Shown in pieces: positions 1-9,998 of a DNA stretch of 64,000 bases. The notes under the pieces are model-generated. The model had not been told where the DNA came from and made no database searches. It saw only the letters and a program-made list of their open reading frames with translations. Origin of the DNA: an uncultured delta proteobacterium (GTDB taxonomy: Bacteria; Myxococcota; Myxococcia; Myxococcales; Myxococcaceae); the NCBI GenBank assembly GCA_963796055.1, contig CAWCKH010000001.1:285642-349641 (forward strand). Reading direction: 5' to 3'. Position 1 is the first letter of the stretch, and each line of letters opens with the position of its first letter. A program made the translations under genes and the position numbers.

Positions 1-81
1 ATTGGCTTCCGGCCCGAGTACCCGCTCGACCCGGGTCTGGAGAACACCGTCGCGTGGTACCGCACGCAGGGGCTGGCATGA
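1..81 (+). CDS. C-terminal end of an NAD-dependent epimerase/dehydratase-family protein (5' end outside window)
   Basis: Frame 1 reads IGFRPEYPLDPGLENTVAWYRTQGLA*, resembling the 'LGFxP..L.EGL..TV.WY' C-terminus of extended SDRs. Its stop overlaps the next start (ATGA at 78-81). Confidence 0.6.
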   Translation: MGFRPEYPLDPGLENTVAWYRTQGLA

Positions 82-1292
82 ACCTAAACTCCGTCCGAAA
101 CCTCCGCAGCGCCCGGCGCAAGGCGAGCAAGCCCGCGACCCCGGCCGTCCTTCCCTCGACCGGCGTCCAGGTCACGCCGGTCCGCTCGACGTCGGAGCTC
201 GACGAGTTCATCCGCTTCCAGCTCGAGCTGTACCGGGACGACCCGTACTTCGTGCCGCCCATCGTGGCCGAGCGACGCGACTTCCTGAACCGGCGGAAGA
301 ACCCCTTCTTCACCCACGCCGAGGTGGAGCTATTCCTGGCGCGGAGGAACGGCAAGGTCGTGGGCCGCATCGCGGCAATCGACGACGCGCTGTGGAACCA
401 GTTCCACAACACCGAGACCGGCTTCTTCGGGATGTTCGACGTGCCGAACGATCCGGAGGTGGCGAGCGCGCTCCTGGACGCGGCGGCCGGGTTCGCGCGG
501 AGCCGGGGAATGAAGACGCTCACCGGGCCGGTGAACCTCTCCACCAACCACGACTGCGGCGTGCTGGTGGAAGGCTTCGAGTTCCCGCCGGCGATGATGA
601 TGCCCTACAACTACCGGTACTACGGCGCGCTCCTCGAGGGCTGGGGCCTGAAGAAGATGCGGGACCTCTACGCCTACGACATCTCGGCGGCCATGACCCC
701 GCCGGAGAAGATGGTCCGCATCGCCGAGCGCCTGAAGGAATCGGAGCAGGTCCGGGTCCGGCCGCTGAACATCCACGATCTCCCGGAGGAGATCCGCAAG
801 CTGAAGAGCATCTACAACGCGATGCTCGACCGGAACTGGCTCTTCCTCCCGATGAACGAGGAGGAGTTCGATTCCATCACCGCCCGGCTCCGGCCGCTGG
901 TCCGGGTGCGGCCCGAGCTGTGCCTCATCGCCGAGGTCAAGGGCGAGCCGGTGGCGTTCTGCATCACCCTCCCCGACTCGAACCTCGCCATCCGCGAGGC
1001 CGGCGGGCAGCTGACCCGCTGGGGCGTGCCGGTGGGGCTGGCGAAGATGGCCTGGGCGGCGCGGCGCATCGAGCGGCTGCGGGTCCTGCTCTTCGGCATC
1101 AAGCCCGGGTACCGGCGGCGGGGCCTGGACGCGCTGCTGGGACTGGAGACGCTGCGGGCGGCTCGTCGGCTCGGGTACGACGGCGCGGAGCTCGGCTGGA
1201 CCACCGAGGACAACGAGCTGATGAACCGGGCCATCGAGTCGATCGGCGCGCGCCGGTACAAGACCTACCGGATCTACGAGAAGGCGCTCTGA
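78..1292 (+). CDS. GNAT-family N-acyltransferase, YghO/bacterial ceramide synthase (bCerS)-like
   Basis: Motifs LYRDDPYFVPP...KNPFFTHAE.ELFLAR..GKVVGRIAA, GFFGMFD, MMPYNY.YY, C-terminal GIKPGYRRRG and ELGWTTEDN..MNR; ATGA coupling to upstream gene. Confidence 0.75.
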   Translation: MNLNSVRNLRSARRKASKPATPAVLPSTGVQVTPVRSTSELDEFIRFQLELYRDDPYFVPPIVAERRDFLNRRKNPFFTHAEVELFLARRNGKVVGRIAAIDDALWNQFHNTETGFFGMFDVPNDPEVASALLDAAAGFARSRGMKTLTGPVNLSTNHDCGVLVEGFEFPPAMMMPYNYRYYGALLEGWGLKKMRDLYAYDISAAMTPPEKMVRIAERLKESEQVRVRPLNIHDLPEEIRKLKSIYNAMLDRNWLFLPMNEEEFDSITARLRPLVRVRPELCLIAEVKGEPVAFCITLPDSNLAIREAGGQLTRWGVPVGLAKMAWAARRIERLRVLLFGIKPGYRRRGLDALLGLETLRAARRLGYDGAELGWTTEDNELMNRAIESIGARRYKTYRIYEKAL

Positions 1293-1413
1293 GACCCGCT
1301 CAGGGGGGCGTCAGGGTTGCGCAAGGCTTCCAGTCGTCTGGCCCCGTGCTCATCCACGTGCTCCGGTGAAGGCGCTGGCCGCGGGTGCGTCACACCCGTA
1401 AGTTCTCGCTCCG

Positions 1414-1899
1414 ATGTGGAACCTCGCCCACCTGCACATCACGATCAACCACATCCCGGTGGTGCTGGTCCCGGCCGCGCTGGTGATCTTCGCGGTGGCC
1501 GCCTGGCGCAAGTCGCTCCCGGTCCTGCGGACCGGCATCGTGGTGGCCTGGGTCGCGGCGCTCTTCGCCCTGGCCTCCTTCCTCACCGGTGACGCCGCGG
1601 CAGATCTCGTGATGGCGGTCGAGAAGGCCCAGGAGAAGACCCTGGACCCACTGGTCGAGGCGCATGACGATTCGGCCGCCTGGGCGCTCGGGTCCTCCCT
1701 CCTCCTCGCCGCCGCCGGGGTCTGGGGCTGGCGCCGCAAGGGGCTCGGGAACGAGGTCACCGTCCCGTTGCTCGTGCTCTCGGCCCTGGGCACGGCCATC
1801 CTGGCCAGGACGGCCTACCTGGGCGGTCAGATTCGCCACCCCGAGGCCCGCCCGGGCTTCGTCGCCCCGGCTGGTGGCGAGCACGAGCACGAGAAGTAG
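1414..1899 (+). CDS. Membrane protein, DUF2231-like
   Basis: Four hydrophobic segments; N-terminal HxHxxxxHxP and C-terminal 'AYLGGQIRHPE'. Confidence 0.65.
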   Translation: MWNLAHLHITINHIPVVLVPAALVIFAVAAWRKSLPVLRTGIVVAWVAALFALASFLTGDAAADLVMAVEKAQEKTLDPLVEAHDDSAAWALGSSLLLAAAGVWGWRRKGLGNEVTVPLLVLSALGTAILARTAYLGGQIRHPEARPGFVAPAGGEHEHEK

Positions 1900-2029
1900 G
1901 TCCCCGGAGACCGACCTGACTGTTCGGCCGGGGTCCCTGCGGGGCCAGCAGAGGGGTGACAGGCTCCCGGCGGAGCGTGTAACACCTGGTCGCCGTTCGA
2001 CGTCCCCCACGGGACTCCGGAGAATCGAC

Positions 2030-2950
2030 ATGCGCCTGACCGACCGCGTGAAGCAGATCCTGTCCTGGTATCCGTCCGACAGCCCGGGCACCAAGACCAA
2101 CCTGGCCCGGTTGCTCAACACCGGCACGCTCGCCGGGACCGGCAAGCTGGTCATCCTCCCGGTCGACCAGGGCTTCGAGCACGGCCCAGCCCGCTCCTTC
2201 GCCCCGAACCCGCCCGGGTACGACCCGGACTACCACGTGCAGCTGGCCATCGAGGCGGGCTGCAACGCCTACGCCGCCCCGCTCGGGTTCCTGGAGGCCA
2301 TCGCCGGCAACTACGCGATGGAGATCCCCCTCATCCTCAAGCTCAACAACTCCGACTCGCTGAGCAAGCTCGAGCCGGCCTCGGCGGTGACCGGCTCGGT
2401 GAAGGACGCGGTGCGCCTCGGCTGCGCCGCGGTGGGCTACACCATTTACCCGGGCAGCGCGCAGCGGAACGTCCTGCTCCAGGAGCTCCGGGAGATCCTC
2501 GAGGAGGCCAAGGAGCACGGCCTCCCCACGGTGGTCTGGGCGTACGTCCGCGGCTCCAGCATCCCCAAGGAGAGCGAGCAGGCCGTCGACCTCATCGCCT
2601 ATGCCGCCCAGGAGGCGGCACAGATGGGCGCGCACGTGGTGAAGGTGAAGCCGCCCAAGGACCAGGTGGAGCTGGCCGAGGACAAGAAGGTCTACGAAAA
2701 GTACGCCGTCCCCACCAAGACGCTGGCCGAGCGCGTCCGCCACGTGGTGCAGAGCTGCTTCAACGGCAAGCGGATCATCATCTTCTCCGGGGGCGAGGCG
2801 AAGGACACCCCCGCGGTGCTGGAGGAGATCCGGGGCATCCGGGACGGCGGCGGATTCGGCTCGATCATGGGCCGCAACGCCTTCCAGCGCCCGAAGGACG
2901 AGGCGGTGAAGCTCCTCCGGGACGTGATGGGGATCTACCAGGGCAAGTGA
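2030..2950 (+). CDS. fbaB: Class I fructose-bisphosphate aldolase (DhnA/FbaB type)
   Basis: GKLVILPVDQGFEHGPARSF, LILKLN, GYTIYPGS, VVKVKPP and GSIMGRNAFQR motifs; GGAG upstream of ATG 2030. Confidence 0.9.
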   Translation: MRLTDRVKQILSWYPSDSPGTKTNLARLLNTGTLAGTGKLVILPVDQGFEHGPARSFAPNPPGYDPDYHVQLAIEAGCNAYAAPLGFLEAIAGNYAMEIPLILKLNNSDSLSKLEPASAVTGSVKDAVRLGCAAVGYTIYPGSAQRNVLLQELREILEEAKEHGLPTVVWAYVRGSSIPKESEQAVDLIAYAAQEAAQMGAHVVKVKPPKDQVELAEDKKVYEKYAVPTKTLAERVRHVVQSCFNGKRIIIFSGGEAKDTPAVLEEIRGIRDGGGFGSIMGRNAFQRPKDEAVKLLRDVMGIYQGK

Positions 2951-3597
2951 GACCGGCTACGGCGCGAGGATGGCGCCTCCACCGCGCTCCTGAACGAGGG
3001 TGACTCGGGCGGCTCCGGCGGGGCCGTCTTGCTGCGCTCCACGGCCTGGCGCACCAGGTTGTCCACCACCGCGTTCAGCGCCGCCCAGTCGGTGAACACC
3101 ACTTGCCGCGTGGGCTCGTCGGGCGCGTTGCGGTGCACGATCTTCCGCATCAGCAGCCGGGTCAGCGCACCGTACGCGGTCTCGGTCAGCGCGCCGGCGA
3201 TCGGGACCGCCTTGTCCGGGCGCCAGCCGGTCTCGAGCACGAAGTCGTCCAGCACCTTCCGGGTGGCGCGCTGGGCCTCCAGCCGCTCGCCGTCGGGCCG
3301 GTGGACGTCCTCCGCGGCCGCCTCGGTCAGGCTCACCGACAGAAAGAGTGTAGGAACCACTTCCAGCTCGAGGCGGCGCGCCCGCACGAACTTCACCAGC
3401 TCCCGCTCGTGGTGCCCGAGGTGGACGCCCCCGGCCAGGATGACCGCCGCGTAGCGCTCCAGCGGGGGCAAGGCCTCGGTCCGGACGTCCTGGATCTGCG
3501 CCTCGTGGGCCAGCGTGCGAATGCGGTCGGCGATGCGCTGGGCCACGCGCCGGGTGTGCCCGCTGCGGGTGGAGTAGACGACGAGGAACGGTTTCAT
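2935..3597 (-). CDS. Flavodoxin-domain protein, HemG (protoporphyrinogen oxidase)-like
   Basis: VVYSTRSGHTRRVA flavodoxin start, 'AVILAGGVHLGHH', FLSVSL, 'IAGAL' and 'FTDW' motifs. Confidence 0.75.
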   Translation of the reverse strand: MKPFLVVYSTRSGHTRRVAQRIADRIRTLAHEAQIQDVRTEALPPLERYAAVILAGGVHLGHHERELVKFVRARRLELEVVPTLFLSVSLTEAAAEDVHRPDGERLEAQRATRKVLDDFVLETGWRPDKAVPIAGALTETAYGALTRLLMRKIVHRNAPDEPTRQVVFTDWAALNAVVDNLVRQAVERSKTAPPEPPESPSFRSAVEAPSSRRSRSHLPW

Positions 3598-3782
3598 GCC
3601 TTGTGAATGCTGCATCGACCGTACCCTCTCCGATGCCTGGACGAACGGGCGGGGTGGTCTGCAAGCCCTGCGCATGCCCGCTGCCCGCAGCGCAGCCGCT
3701 GCGCCCGGAAGGGACGCTCGACGGGGCTTCTTCGCGCACGCCGGATGCATTGCATCAAGTGTGCGCCGAGGAGGGCGTCGTC

Positions 3783-5267
3783 ATGTCCCAGCCGCACGTG
3801 GTCATCGTCGGTGGCGGGTTGGCCGGCCTCTCTGCCGGGTGCTACGCGCGGGCGTCCGGATTTCGCACCACGGTGGTGGAGCACAACATCGCCCTGGGTG
3901 GGGTCTGCACCGCCTGGCCCCGCGGTCCGTACACCGTCGATGGCTGCATCCACTGGCTGACCGGTGGTGCCTTCGCCCCGCTGTATGAGGAACTGGGCAT
4001 CGTCCCGCCGGTTCGGCTCCACGTGCTGAAGGAATGGACCGCCTACCGTGACGCGCGGAACGGCCGGACCCTGCACTTCACCCGGGACCTCGACGGGCTC
4101 GCCCGCGGGCTGAGCGCGCTCGCGCCCGAGGATGGCGCGGAGATCGATCGGATCGTCGCCGGTGCCCGCAGGGTGGCCGAGCTGAAGCACCCCCTGGATC
4201 AGGACCACCGCACGTTCTGGGACCAGATCGCCGAGTTCTGGCAGATGCGCGACGAGCTGGGGACGGTGATGCACTTCCGGAAGCCGCTCGCGCTCTACGT
4301 TCGCGAGCACCTTCGCTCCCCGGTGCTCCAGCGGATCTTCACCCAGCTGCTACCACCCGAGGCGCCGGCGCTCTTCCTGCTCATGGTCCTGGGATATCTG
4401 GAGGCCGGCCATCTCTCGCGTCCCATCGGTGGAACTGCAGCCTTCCGCGACGCTCTCATCGCCAGCTACCAGCGGCTCGGGGGAGAGATCCAGCTCCACG
4501 CCACGGTGGACGAGGTCCTGATCGAGGAGCACGAGGCACGCGGCGTCCGGCTGTCGGACGGCAGCTTCGTGATGGCCGACGCGGTCATCTCCACCTCCAG
4601 CATGCCGGAGACGGTGCTCCGCCTCCTCGGCGGCCGGTTCGGGGGCGACGACGTGCGGGCGAAGCTGGCGCGGTGGCGCACCTTCCAGCCGGTGGTGCTG
4701 GCGAGCTTCGGCATTGCCCTTCCGCTCTCCGACCTTCCCTCGCTGATGGTGCTGGACCGGGTGGAGCCGTTCGAGGTCGGCGACGTGGTGAACGACGCGC
4801 TGTACGTCCGGGTCTGCAACGACGACACCAGCTTCGCCCCCGCGGGCCACACCGTCATCCAGGCCATGCTCGGGTCGAATTACGAGTGGTGGGCCACCCG
4901 CGGCGCCCGGTACACCGCCGAGAAGGACAACGTGGGGGACGTTGCGGTCGCGCAGCTGGCGAAGCAGATCCCGGGGCTGGCCGGCGCGGTCCGGATGGTG
5001 GACATTGCCACCCCGCTGACGTTCTGGAGCAGCGCGCGTGCCTGGCGCGGAGCCTACGAGGGCTGGCTCCCCAGCTCCGAGTCGTTCTTCGGTCAGGTGC
5101 GGAAGACCTTGCCCGGGCTGCACCGCTTCGTCATGGCCGGCCAGTGGGTCGAGCCCGGCGGCGGTGTGCCCACCGCGCTCCTCAGCGGCCGGCAAGCGGT
5201 GCAGCTGCTCTGCACCGAGCTCGACGTGCGGTTCCGGCTGCCACCGCCGGGAGCCAGTCTCGCGTAG
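3783..5267 (+). CDS. Phytoene dehydrogenase-like NAD(P)/FAD-dependent oxidoreductase
   Basis: Rossmann IVGGGLAGL..G; GGVCTAW.RG.YTVDGCIHWL; C-terminal MAGQWVEPGGGVPTA. Confidence 0.85.
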   Translation: MSQPHVVIVGGGLAGLSAGCYARASGFRTTVVEHNIALGGVCTAWPRGPYTVDGCIHWLTGGAFAPLYEELGIVPPVRLHVLKEWTAYRDARNGRTLHFTRDLDGLARGLSALAPEDGAEIDRIVAGARRVAELKHPLDQDHRTFWDQIAEFWQMRDELGTVMHFRKPLALYVREHLRSPVLQRIFTQLLPPEAPALFLLMVLGYLEAGHLSRPIGGTAAFRDALIASYQRLGGEIQLHATVDEVLIEEHEARGVRLSDGSFVMADAVISTSSMPETVLRLLGGRFGGDDVRAKLARWRTFQPVVLASFGIALPLSDLPSLMVLDRVEPFEVGDVVNDALYVRVCNDDTSFAPAGHTVIQAMLGSNYEWWATRGARYTAEKDNVGDVAVAQLAKQIPGLAGAVRMVDIATPLTFWSSARAWRGAYEGWLPSSESFFGQVRKTLPGLHRFVMAGQWVEPGGGVPTALLSGRQAVQLLCTELDVRFRLPPPGASLA

Positions 5268-5599
5268 GACCGGGTGGACCAAGGTCCCGAGTGACCAGGG
5301 TTCTCCGCATGCGCTGCGCCGCGCGCCGGGCTTTCGGCCTGTAGAAATCTGTAGTCATCCAAACGACCCATCCGTTTCTGTTCAGGTCGGGAGCGAAGCG
5401 TCCGCTCGCTGAGCCGAAAGTTCCCCGTGACACCTGAACAGGCTGACGCGGTTCTGAACGCGTGGCCATGTCAGGCCGCCGGCTGCGTGGACACCGTTCC
5501 TCCGTGAAGGAGCGGCCAGCGCTCAGCCGGGGAGTGCCGTGCTCCAGCGCGCCCCACCCCGCTCCGGCGTGCGTTTCCGCCAGCCGGGCGGTCGACCCG

Positions 5600-6727
5600 T
5601 CATCCGTTGATGGCGACTCCGAGCAGACGTCCCACACCGTAGGTCAGCGCGGCGGCAGCCATCCCCAGCACGAGCTGACGCGTGCCACTGCGGAGCACGG
5701 ACTTTCCGGTGAAGAGAGTGATGGCAGCCCCGATGCCGAAGAGCCCCAGGGCGCTGAGGACCAGGCTGGCCACCAGGGCCCGGCTCCCCTCGAGGAAGAA
5801 GAACGGAAGGACGGGGATGACCGCTCCCAGGGCGAACAGCGCGAAGGATGTCGCCGCGGCCGTGATCGCCGAGCCACCCAGTTCCTGGGGATCGATGCCC
5901 AGCTCCTCGCGCCCGAGCACGTCCAGCGCCGCTTCCGGCCGGGAGATGAGCTCGCGGCTCAGGGTCGAGGCTTCCTCGGCGCCGAGGCCCTTGGCCCGGT
6001 AGAGCAGCTCGAGCTCCTCCCGTTCGTCCTCGGGATCGAGCTCGATCTCGCTCCGCTCGGTCTCCAGCTCGCGTTCGGCCAGCTCGCGGGAGCTGGTGAC
6101 GCTCACCCACTCGCCGAGCGCCATCGAGGCGGAACCCGCCAGCAGTCCCGCCACCCCGGCGAGGAGGACGGCCTTGCCCGACGGAGCAGCACCGGCCACG
6201 CCCATCACCAGGCTGAGGTTCGAGCAGAGCCCGTCGTTGGCACCCAGGACCGCCGCGCGGAGGGCGTTCCCGCCGACGTTACGATGACGCCCTTCCAGCC
6301 GTGCAACCTCGCTCCCTCCCGCGCCCCGGCCCGAACGAGCCAGCGCGCCCAGGAGCCGGGAGTGCATGCGCTCCTGGGCCGGCATCTTGGTGCCCGACGC
6401 TTCCCGCTGGCTGTCGTAGCCGGTCCGACCGGCGTGCTCGTCGCTGGCGACGGTGGCCAGGATCGCCTCGGATCCGAACCGGCGCGCCAGCCAGATGAGG
6501 ATGCGGGCGCGGGTGGAGAGGCGGCGTTCGCCGGGAGGAACGCCGGCATCGCGCATCCGCTGCTCCCAGAACGCCGCATGCTTCTCCTCCATCCCCGCCA
6601 GGTCCCGGTACACCTGGGCGACTCCGGGGCGCGGCTCCCCTTCGGCCATCGCCCGGTAGCGCGCGGCGCTGTCGATCTCCTCCTGCCAGTTGGCACGGTA
6701 ACGGCGAACGTCGTCCTGGCCGGTCAT
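5600..6727 (-). CDS. VIT1/CCC1-family metal transporter with N-terminal ferritin/rubrerythrin-like domain
   Basis: LRAAVLGANDGL..N.SLVMGVAGA and SMALGEWVSV (VIT1); N-terminal ExxH pairs (EEKH, ERMH). Confidence 0.85.
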   Translation of the reverse strand: MTGQDDVRRYRANWQEEIDSAARYRAMAEGEPRPGVAQVYRDLAGMEEKHAAFWEQRMRDAGVPPGERRLSTRARILIWLARRFGSEAILATVASDEHAGRTGYDSQREASGTKMPAQERMHSRLLGALARSGRGAGGSEVARLEGRHRNVGGNALRAAVLGANDGLCSNLSLVMGVAGAAPSGKAVLLAGVAGLLAGSASMALGEWVSVTSSRELAERELETERSEIELDPEDEREELELLYRAKGLGAEEASTLSRELISRPEAALDVLGREELGIDPQELGGSAITAAATSFALFALGAVIPVLPFFFLEGSRALVASLVLSALGLFGIGAAITLFTGKSVLRSGTRQLVLGMAAAALTYGVGRLLGVAING

Positions 6728-8985
6728 TCGAGGGAGGACCCTCCGGCCGCGGACGCGCGGGCGTACCACTCCACGAGCACCGTTCCGAGCGCCGCACGGG
6801 TGATGACTCCTTCCCCCGTCGGCTCCGTGGGAACGATCAGCGCCGGTGCGTCGGCAGCGAAGCACTGGGCGACGAGTTGAGCAAACGTCGCATCCGGGGC
6901 GACACGCGGAACCAGGCGCACCAGGTCCGCTGCCACCAGCATGCGCTGGAGCTGCTCATCGTGGAGGAAGTCACGAACGTGCTCCAGCAAGACGACGCCG
7001 GTCGCTTTCCCCTCGGCTGAGTGCACGATGACCACGTCGCTGGCCGACGTTGCCAGGCTGTCGACCAGTACGTCCATCGTGGCGCCCCCGGTCAGAACGG
7101 GGGCCGGACGGACCAGGTCCCTTGCGCGGACGTCGTCAGGGCCAATCGGCGAACGACCCTCGACCTTCGGGCCTGGTTCGGCGCCGACCGCCCGGGCGTG
7201 CGCGCGGATGAGATCGGTGATGGTCAGAACCCCCACCACGCGAGAAGCTGTTCGCTCGTCGAGCACCACCAGCTGCCGCACGCCCTTCTCGCTCATGCGA
7301 ACGACGGCACGCGCAAGCGGCACGTCGGCCAGGATCGTCTCCACGTGCTGAACGAGCTGGGAGATGGGGGCCGCCGCAGGAGCGACCCGCAGCGAGGCCA
7401 GAGGCACCGCACCGAGCAGGTCTCCCCGGTCATCGAGCACCGGCAGGATCTGGAACGTCCTTGCCGCAAGCGCTTCCCGCACCTCCCCCGCCGCTCCTTT
7501 CGCCTGCACGGACACCACCGCGGTAGTCATCGCACCCGCGACCGTCAGCTGGTCCAGCGGATGGAACCTCGGCGAGGCGTGAGGGAGGAAGACGCCGTCC
7601 TGCTCGAGCAGGGCCTCGTAGATAGGAGTCGCTCGATATTGGCGTGCCAGGACGTAGGCCGTCATGTTCGCCAGCATCAGAGGAAGAATCAGGCCATAGC
7701 CTCCTGTCATCTCGAAGATGATCAGGACGGATGTGATGGGCGCGCGGATGACACCAGCGAACACCGCCCCCATCCCCACGAGGGCGAACGCCCCGAGCTG
7801 GCGCTCCTCGTGATGGAAGGCCGCGACATCGAGGTACCCCACCGCCCCGCCAAGCATGGCGCCCACGAAGAGGGCCGGGGCGAAGATGCCGCCGGCACCG
7901 CCACTGGAGTAAGAGAAGACAGTCGCGATCAGCTTGACCGCGCAGAGCGCGAGCAAGGCGGTAAGTCCCAGCTGCCCGCCAAGGGCTCGTCCCAGGGTCT
8001 GGTAGCCGCCGCCGGTGACTCCTGTCGTGCCGAAGAACTTCATCACCAGCACTGCGAGGATTCCGGTGACCAGCCCCCCGACTGCTGGCTGAGACCACAT
8101 CGGGAGCGCCGAGAAGGTCCGAAACCGCTCCCTCAGCCTGAGCAGCCCGTCGGTGAAGACGATCGACACCAGGCCTCCGGCGAGGCCCAGCAGCGCGTAG
8201 AAGACGAGCGACGAGGCATGCTCGAGCCCGTATTGCTGCTGCACCTCGATGATCGGGTGGACTCCGAGAACGCCGCGCTCGATGACCGCCGCGAGCGCCG
8301 CCGCGACCACGACGCCGGAGAGCACGGCGTGGTCCAGGGACCCGACGATCTCCTCGATGGTGAACGTCACCGCAGCGATGGGCGCGTTGAAGGCGGCCGC
8401 GATGCCCGCGGCCACTCCGACCGGCAGGAGGCGGCGCATGTTCTTTGCTGGCAGCGCCGTCAGCCGCCCCAGGAGGCTCGCGGCACCCGCGCAGATCTGG
8501 GCCGTGGGCCCCTCGCGGCCCAGCGATGCACCCGAACCGATCTGGAGAATGCCCACCCAGAACTTGCCAAATGCATCTCGAAAGCGAACGCGTCCACCCT
8601 CGAGCGCAAAGGCGGCCTTGACCTGTGGGATCCCGGAACCTCGCGCCCCCGGGACGAGGAACGTGAGGATCGCGCCAGAGACCAGGCCACCGACGGTTGG
8701 AGAGATGACCGTCCACGCCATCCAGCTGTTGCCCGGCGCGCGGAGCGCCCGTTCGATCAAGAGCGACTCTGCCGCCATGATGCCCAGGTGAAAGGCAACG
8801 GCGACCAGGCCGCACACCACACCGACGGCCACCGTCAGCGCAAACAGGTGCTGCGACTCGGTGGGGAAGTGACGCTGCAGCAGCGCGCCAGCTCTTTCGC
8901 GGATCTGTGAACCGCTGACTCGCACGCGTTGCGACACGGCGCGCAGTTGTGCGAACAGCGCCAGAGGCCTGGAGTCACTCCCCAT
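6724..8985 (-). CDS. ClC chloride channel/H+-Cl- antiporter with C-terminal CBS domains
   Basis: GSGIP, GREGP, GGIFAP and terminal IY selectivity motifs; CBS repeats; ATGA coupling to VIT1. Confidence 0.9.
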   Translation of the reverse strand: MGSDSRPLALFAQLRAVSQRVRVSGSQIRERAGALLQRHFPTESQHLFALTVAVGVVCGLVAVAFHLGIMAAESLLIERALRAPGNSWMAWTVISPTVGGLVSGAILTFLVPGARGSGIPQVKAAFALEGGRVRFRDAFGKFWVGILQIGSGASLGREGPTAQICAGAASLLGRLTALPAKNMRRLLPVGVAAGIAAAFNAPIAAVTFTIEEIVGSLDHAVLSGVVVAAALAAVIERGVLGVHPIIEVQQQYGLEHASSLVFYALLGLAGGLVSIVFTDGLLRLRERFRTFSALPMWSQPAVGGLVTGILAVLVMKFFGTTGVTGGGYQTLGRALGGQLGLTALLALCAVKLIATVFSYSSGGAGGIFAPALFVGAMLGGAVGYLDVAAFHHEERQLGAFALVGMGAVFAGVIRAPITSVLIIFEMTGGYGLILPLMLANMTAYVLARQYRATPIYEALLEQDGVFLPHASPRFHPLDQLTVAGAMTTAVVSVQAKGAAGEVREALAARTFQILPVLDDRGDLLGAVPLASLRVAPAAAPISQLVQHVETILADVPLARAVVRMSEKGVRQLVVLDERTASRVVGVLTITDLIRAHARAVGAEPGPKVEGRSPIGPDDVRARDLVRPAPVLTGGATMDVLVDSLATSASDVVIVHSAEGKATGVVLLEHVRDFLHDEQLQRMLVAADLVRLVPRVAPDATFAQLVAQCFAADAPALIVPTEPTGEGVITRAALGTVLVEWYARASAAGGSSLE

Positions 8986-9075
8986 GGTCCTCGTCCGGCT
9001 TTCCGCTGGGCCTCTGCAGTACCCGAGGTCCGACCGTATGGCTACCCTCGCGCATCCGCCGAAGCCGCGCCTTGG

Positions 9076-9582
9076 TCATGGCGAGGGGCCCAATGTCCTC
9101 TCCCGCGCCACGGAGTGTCGGAGTCGTTCCAGCACATCCCGCGCCGCAGCCAGTTGACCGGGGGGGAGGTCACGGAGCATTCGAGAGACCGCGGACTCGA
9201 CGGTCCCTCGATGGTGCCGGTCAATCCGCGCTCCTCGAGCGGTCAGGGCCAAGAGGACACGACGACCGTCGCCAGGGTCCCGACGGCGACGGACCAGCCC
9301 TGCCCGGCCGAGACGCATGACGACCCCGGTGACCGTGCTGGGATGCAGACGCATCGCCGAGGCAAGAGCGCCAGCAGGGAGTGGTTCGGACCGTCCAATG
9401 ATGCGGAGGGCCAGCCTCTGCGGCCCGGTCACGCCCAGACGGAGCTGCATTCGCTTGGAGAGGACTCGCAGTTCCTGGTCCAACGCCCAGAGGACGCCCA
9501 AGAACTCCAGCGTTTCCGCCGACCCAGATCGAGTCGTCTTGTCCGCTCTTCTCTTGCCGGCGGGTACAGTGGCGAGCATCAC
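9076..9582 (-). CDS. MarR-family transcriptional regulator (start uncertain)
   Basis: GVTGPQ, LHPSTVTGVV.RL...GLVRR..DPGDGRRVLL.LT..G. Confidence 0.8.
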   Translation of the reverse strand: MMLATVPAGKRRADKTTRSGSAETLEFLGVLWALDQELRVLSKRMQLRLGVTGPQRLALRIIGRSEPLPAGALASAMRLHPSTVTGVVMRLGRAGLVRRRRDPGDGRRVLLALTARGARIDRHHRGTVESAVSRMLRDLPPGQLAAARDVLERLRHSVARERTLGPSP

Positions 9583-9629
9583 CCGATTCCAATCGTGGAC
9601 GTCGTTGGTGTACCAAGTATTCTAGCAAA

Positions 9630-9965
9630 ATGCTTCCGAAGCAGACCGAGCGAAATGCGCGCGGGGCGAAGACGATCCTGATCTGTGGCGCGGGCATCGC
9701 CGGTCCGACACTGGCGTACTGGCTTGCAGAGCACGGGTTCGAGCCCACGCTGTTGGAGCGAGCGCCCAGGTTACGGACCGGGGCGAACGGTTCTCATCGG
9801 TGAGGCTGCGTACTGCCCTTCCCTTCTCGCTGGGGAAGGGGCAGCTCTCGCGATGGCGGGGGCGTACCTCCTTGCGAGAGAGCTCGATCGCGCAGCTGGC
9901 GACCATGCCGCTGCCTTCGTTCGCTACGAAGGGCTTTACCGCCCATTCATCGAACGGAAGCAACT
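9630..9965 (+). pseudogene. FAD-dependent monooxygenase remnant with large internal deletion and frameshift
   Basis: ATG 9630 frame gives ILICGAGIAGPTLAYWL..HGFEPTLLERAPRLRTG. Another frame immediately continues GRTVLIGEAAYCPSLLAGEGAALAMAGAYLLA...FIERKQ. Confidence 0.8.
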
Positions 9966-9998
9966 ACGAGGGAGCCGACGTCCATGGGCCCAGGAGCC

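Noticed and set aside
2935..3597. HemG-like gene as a dedicated heme supply for the cytochrome island
   Set aside because: It is about 15 kb away and beyond another island, and this flavodoxin family is often not involved in heme synthesis.
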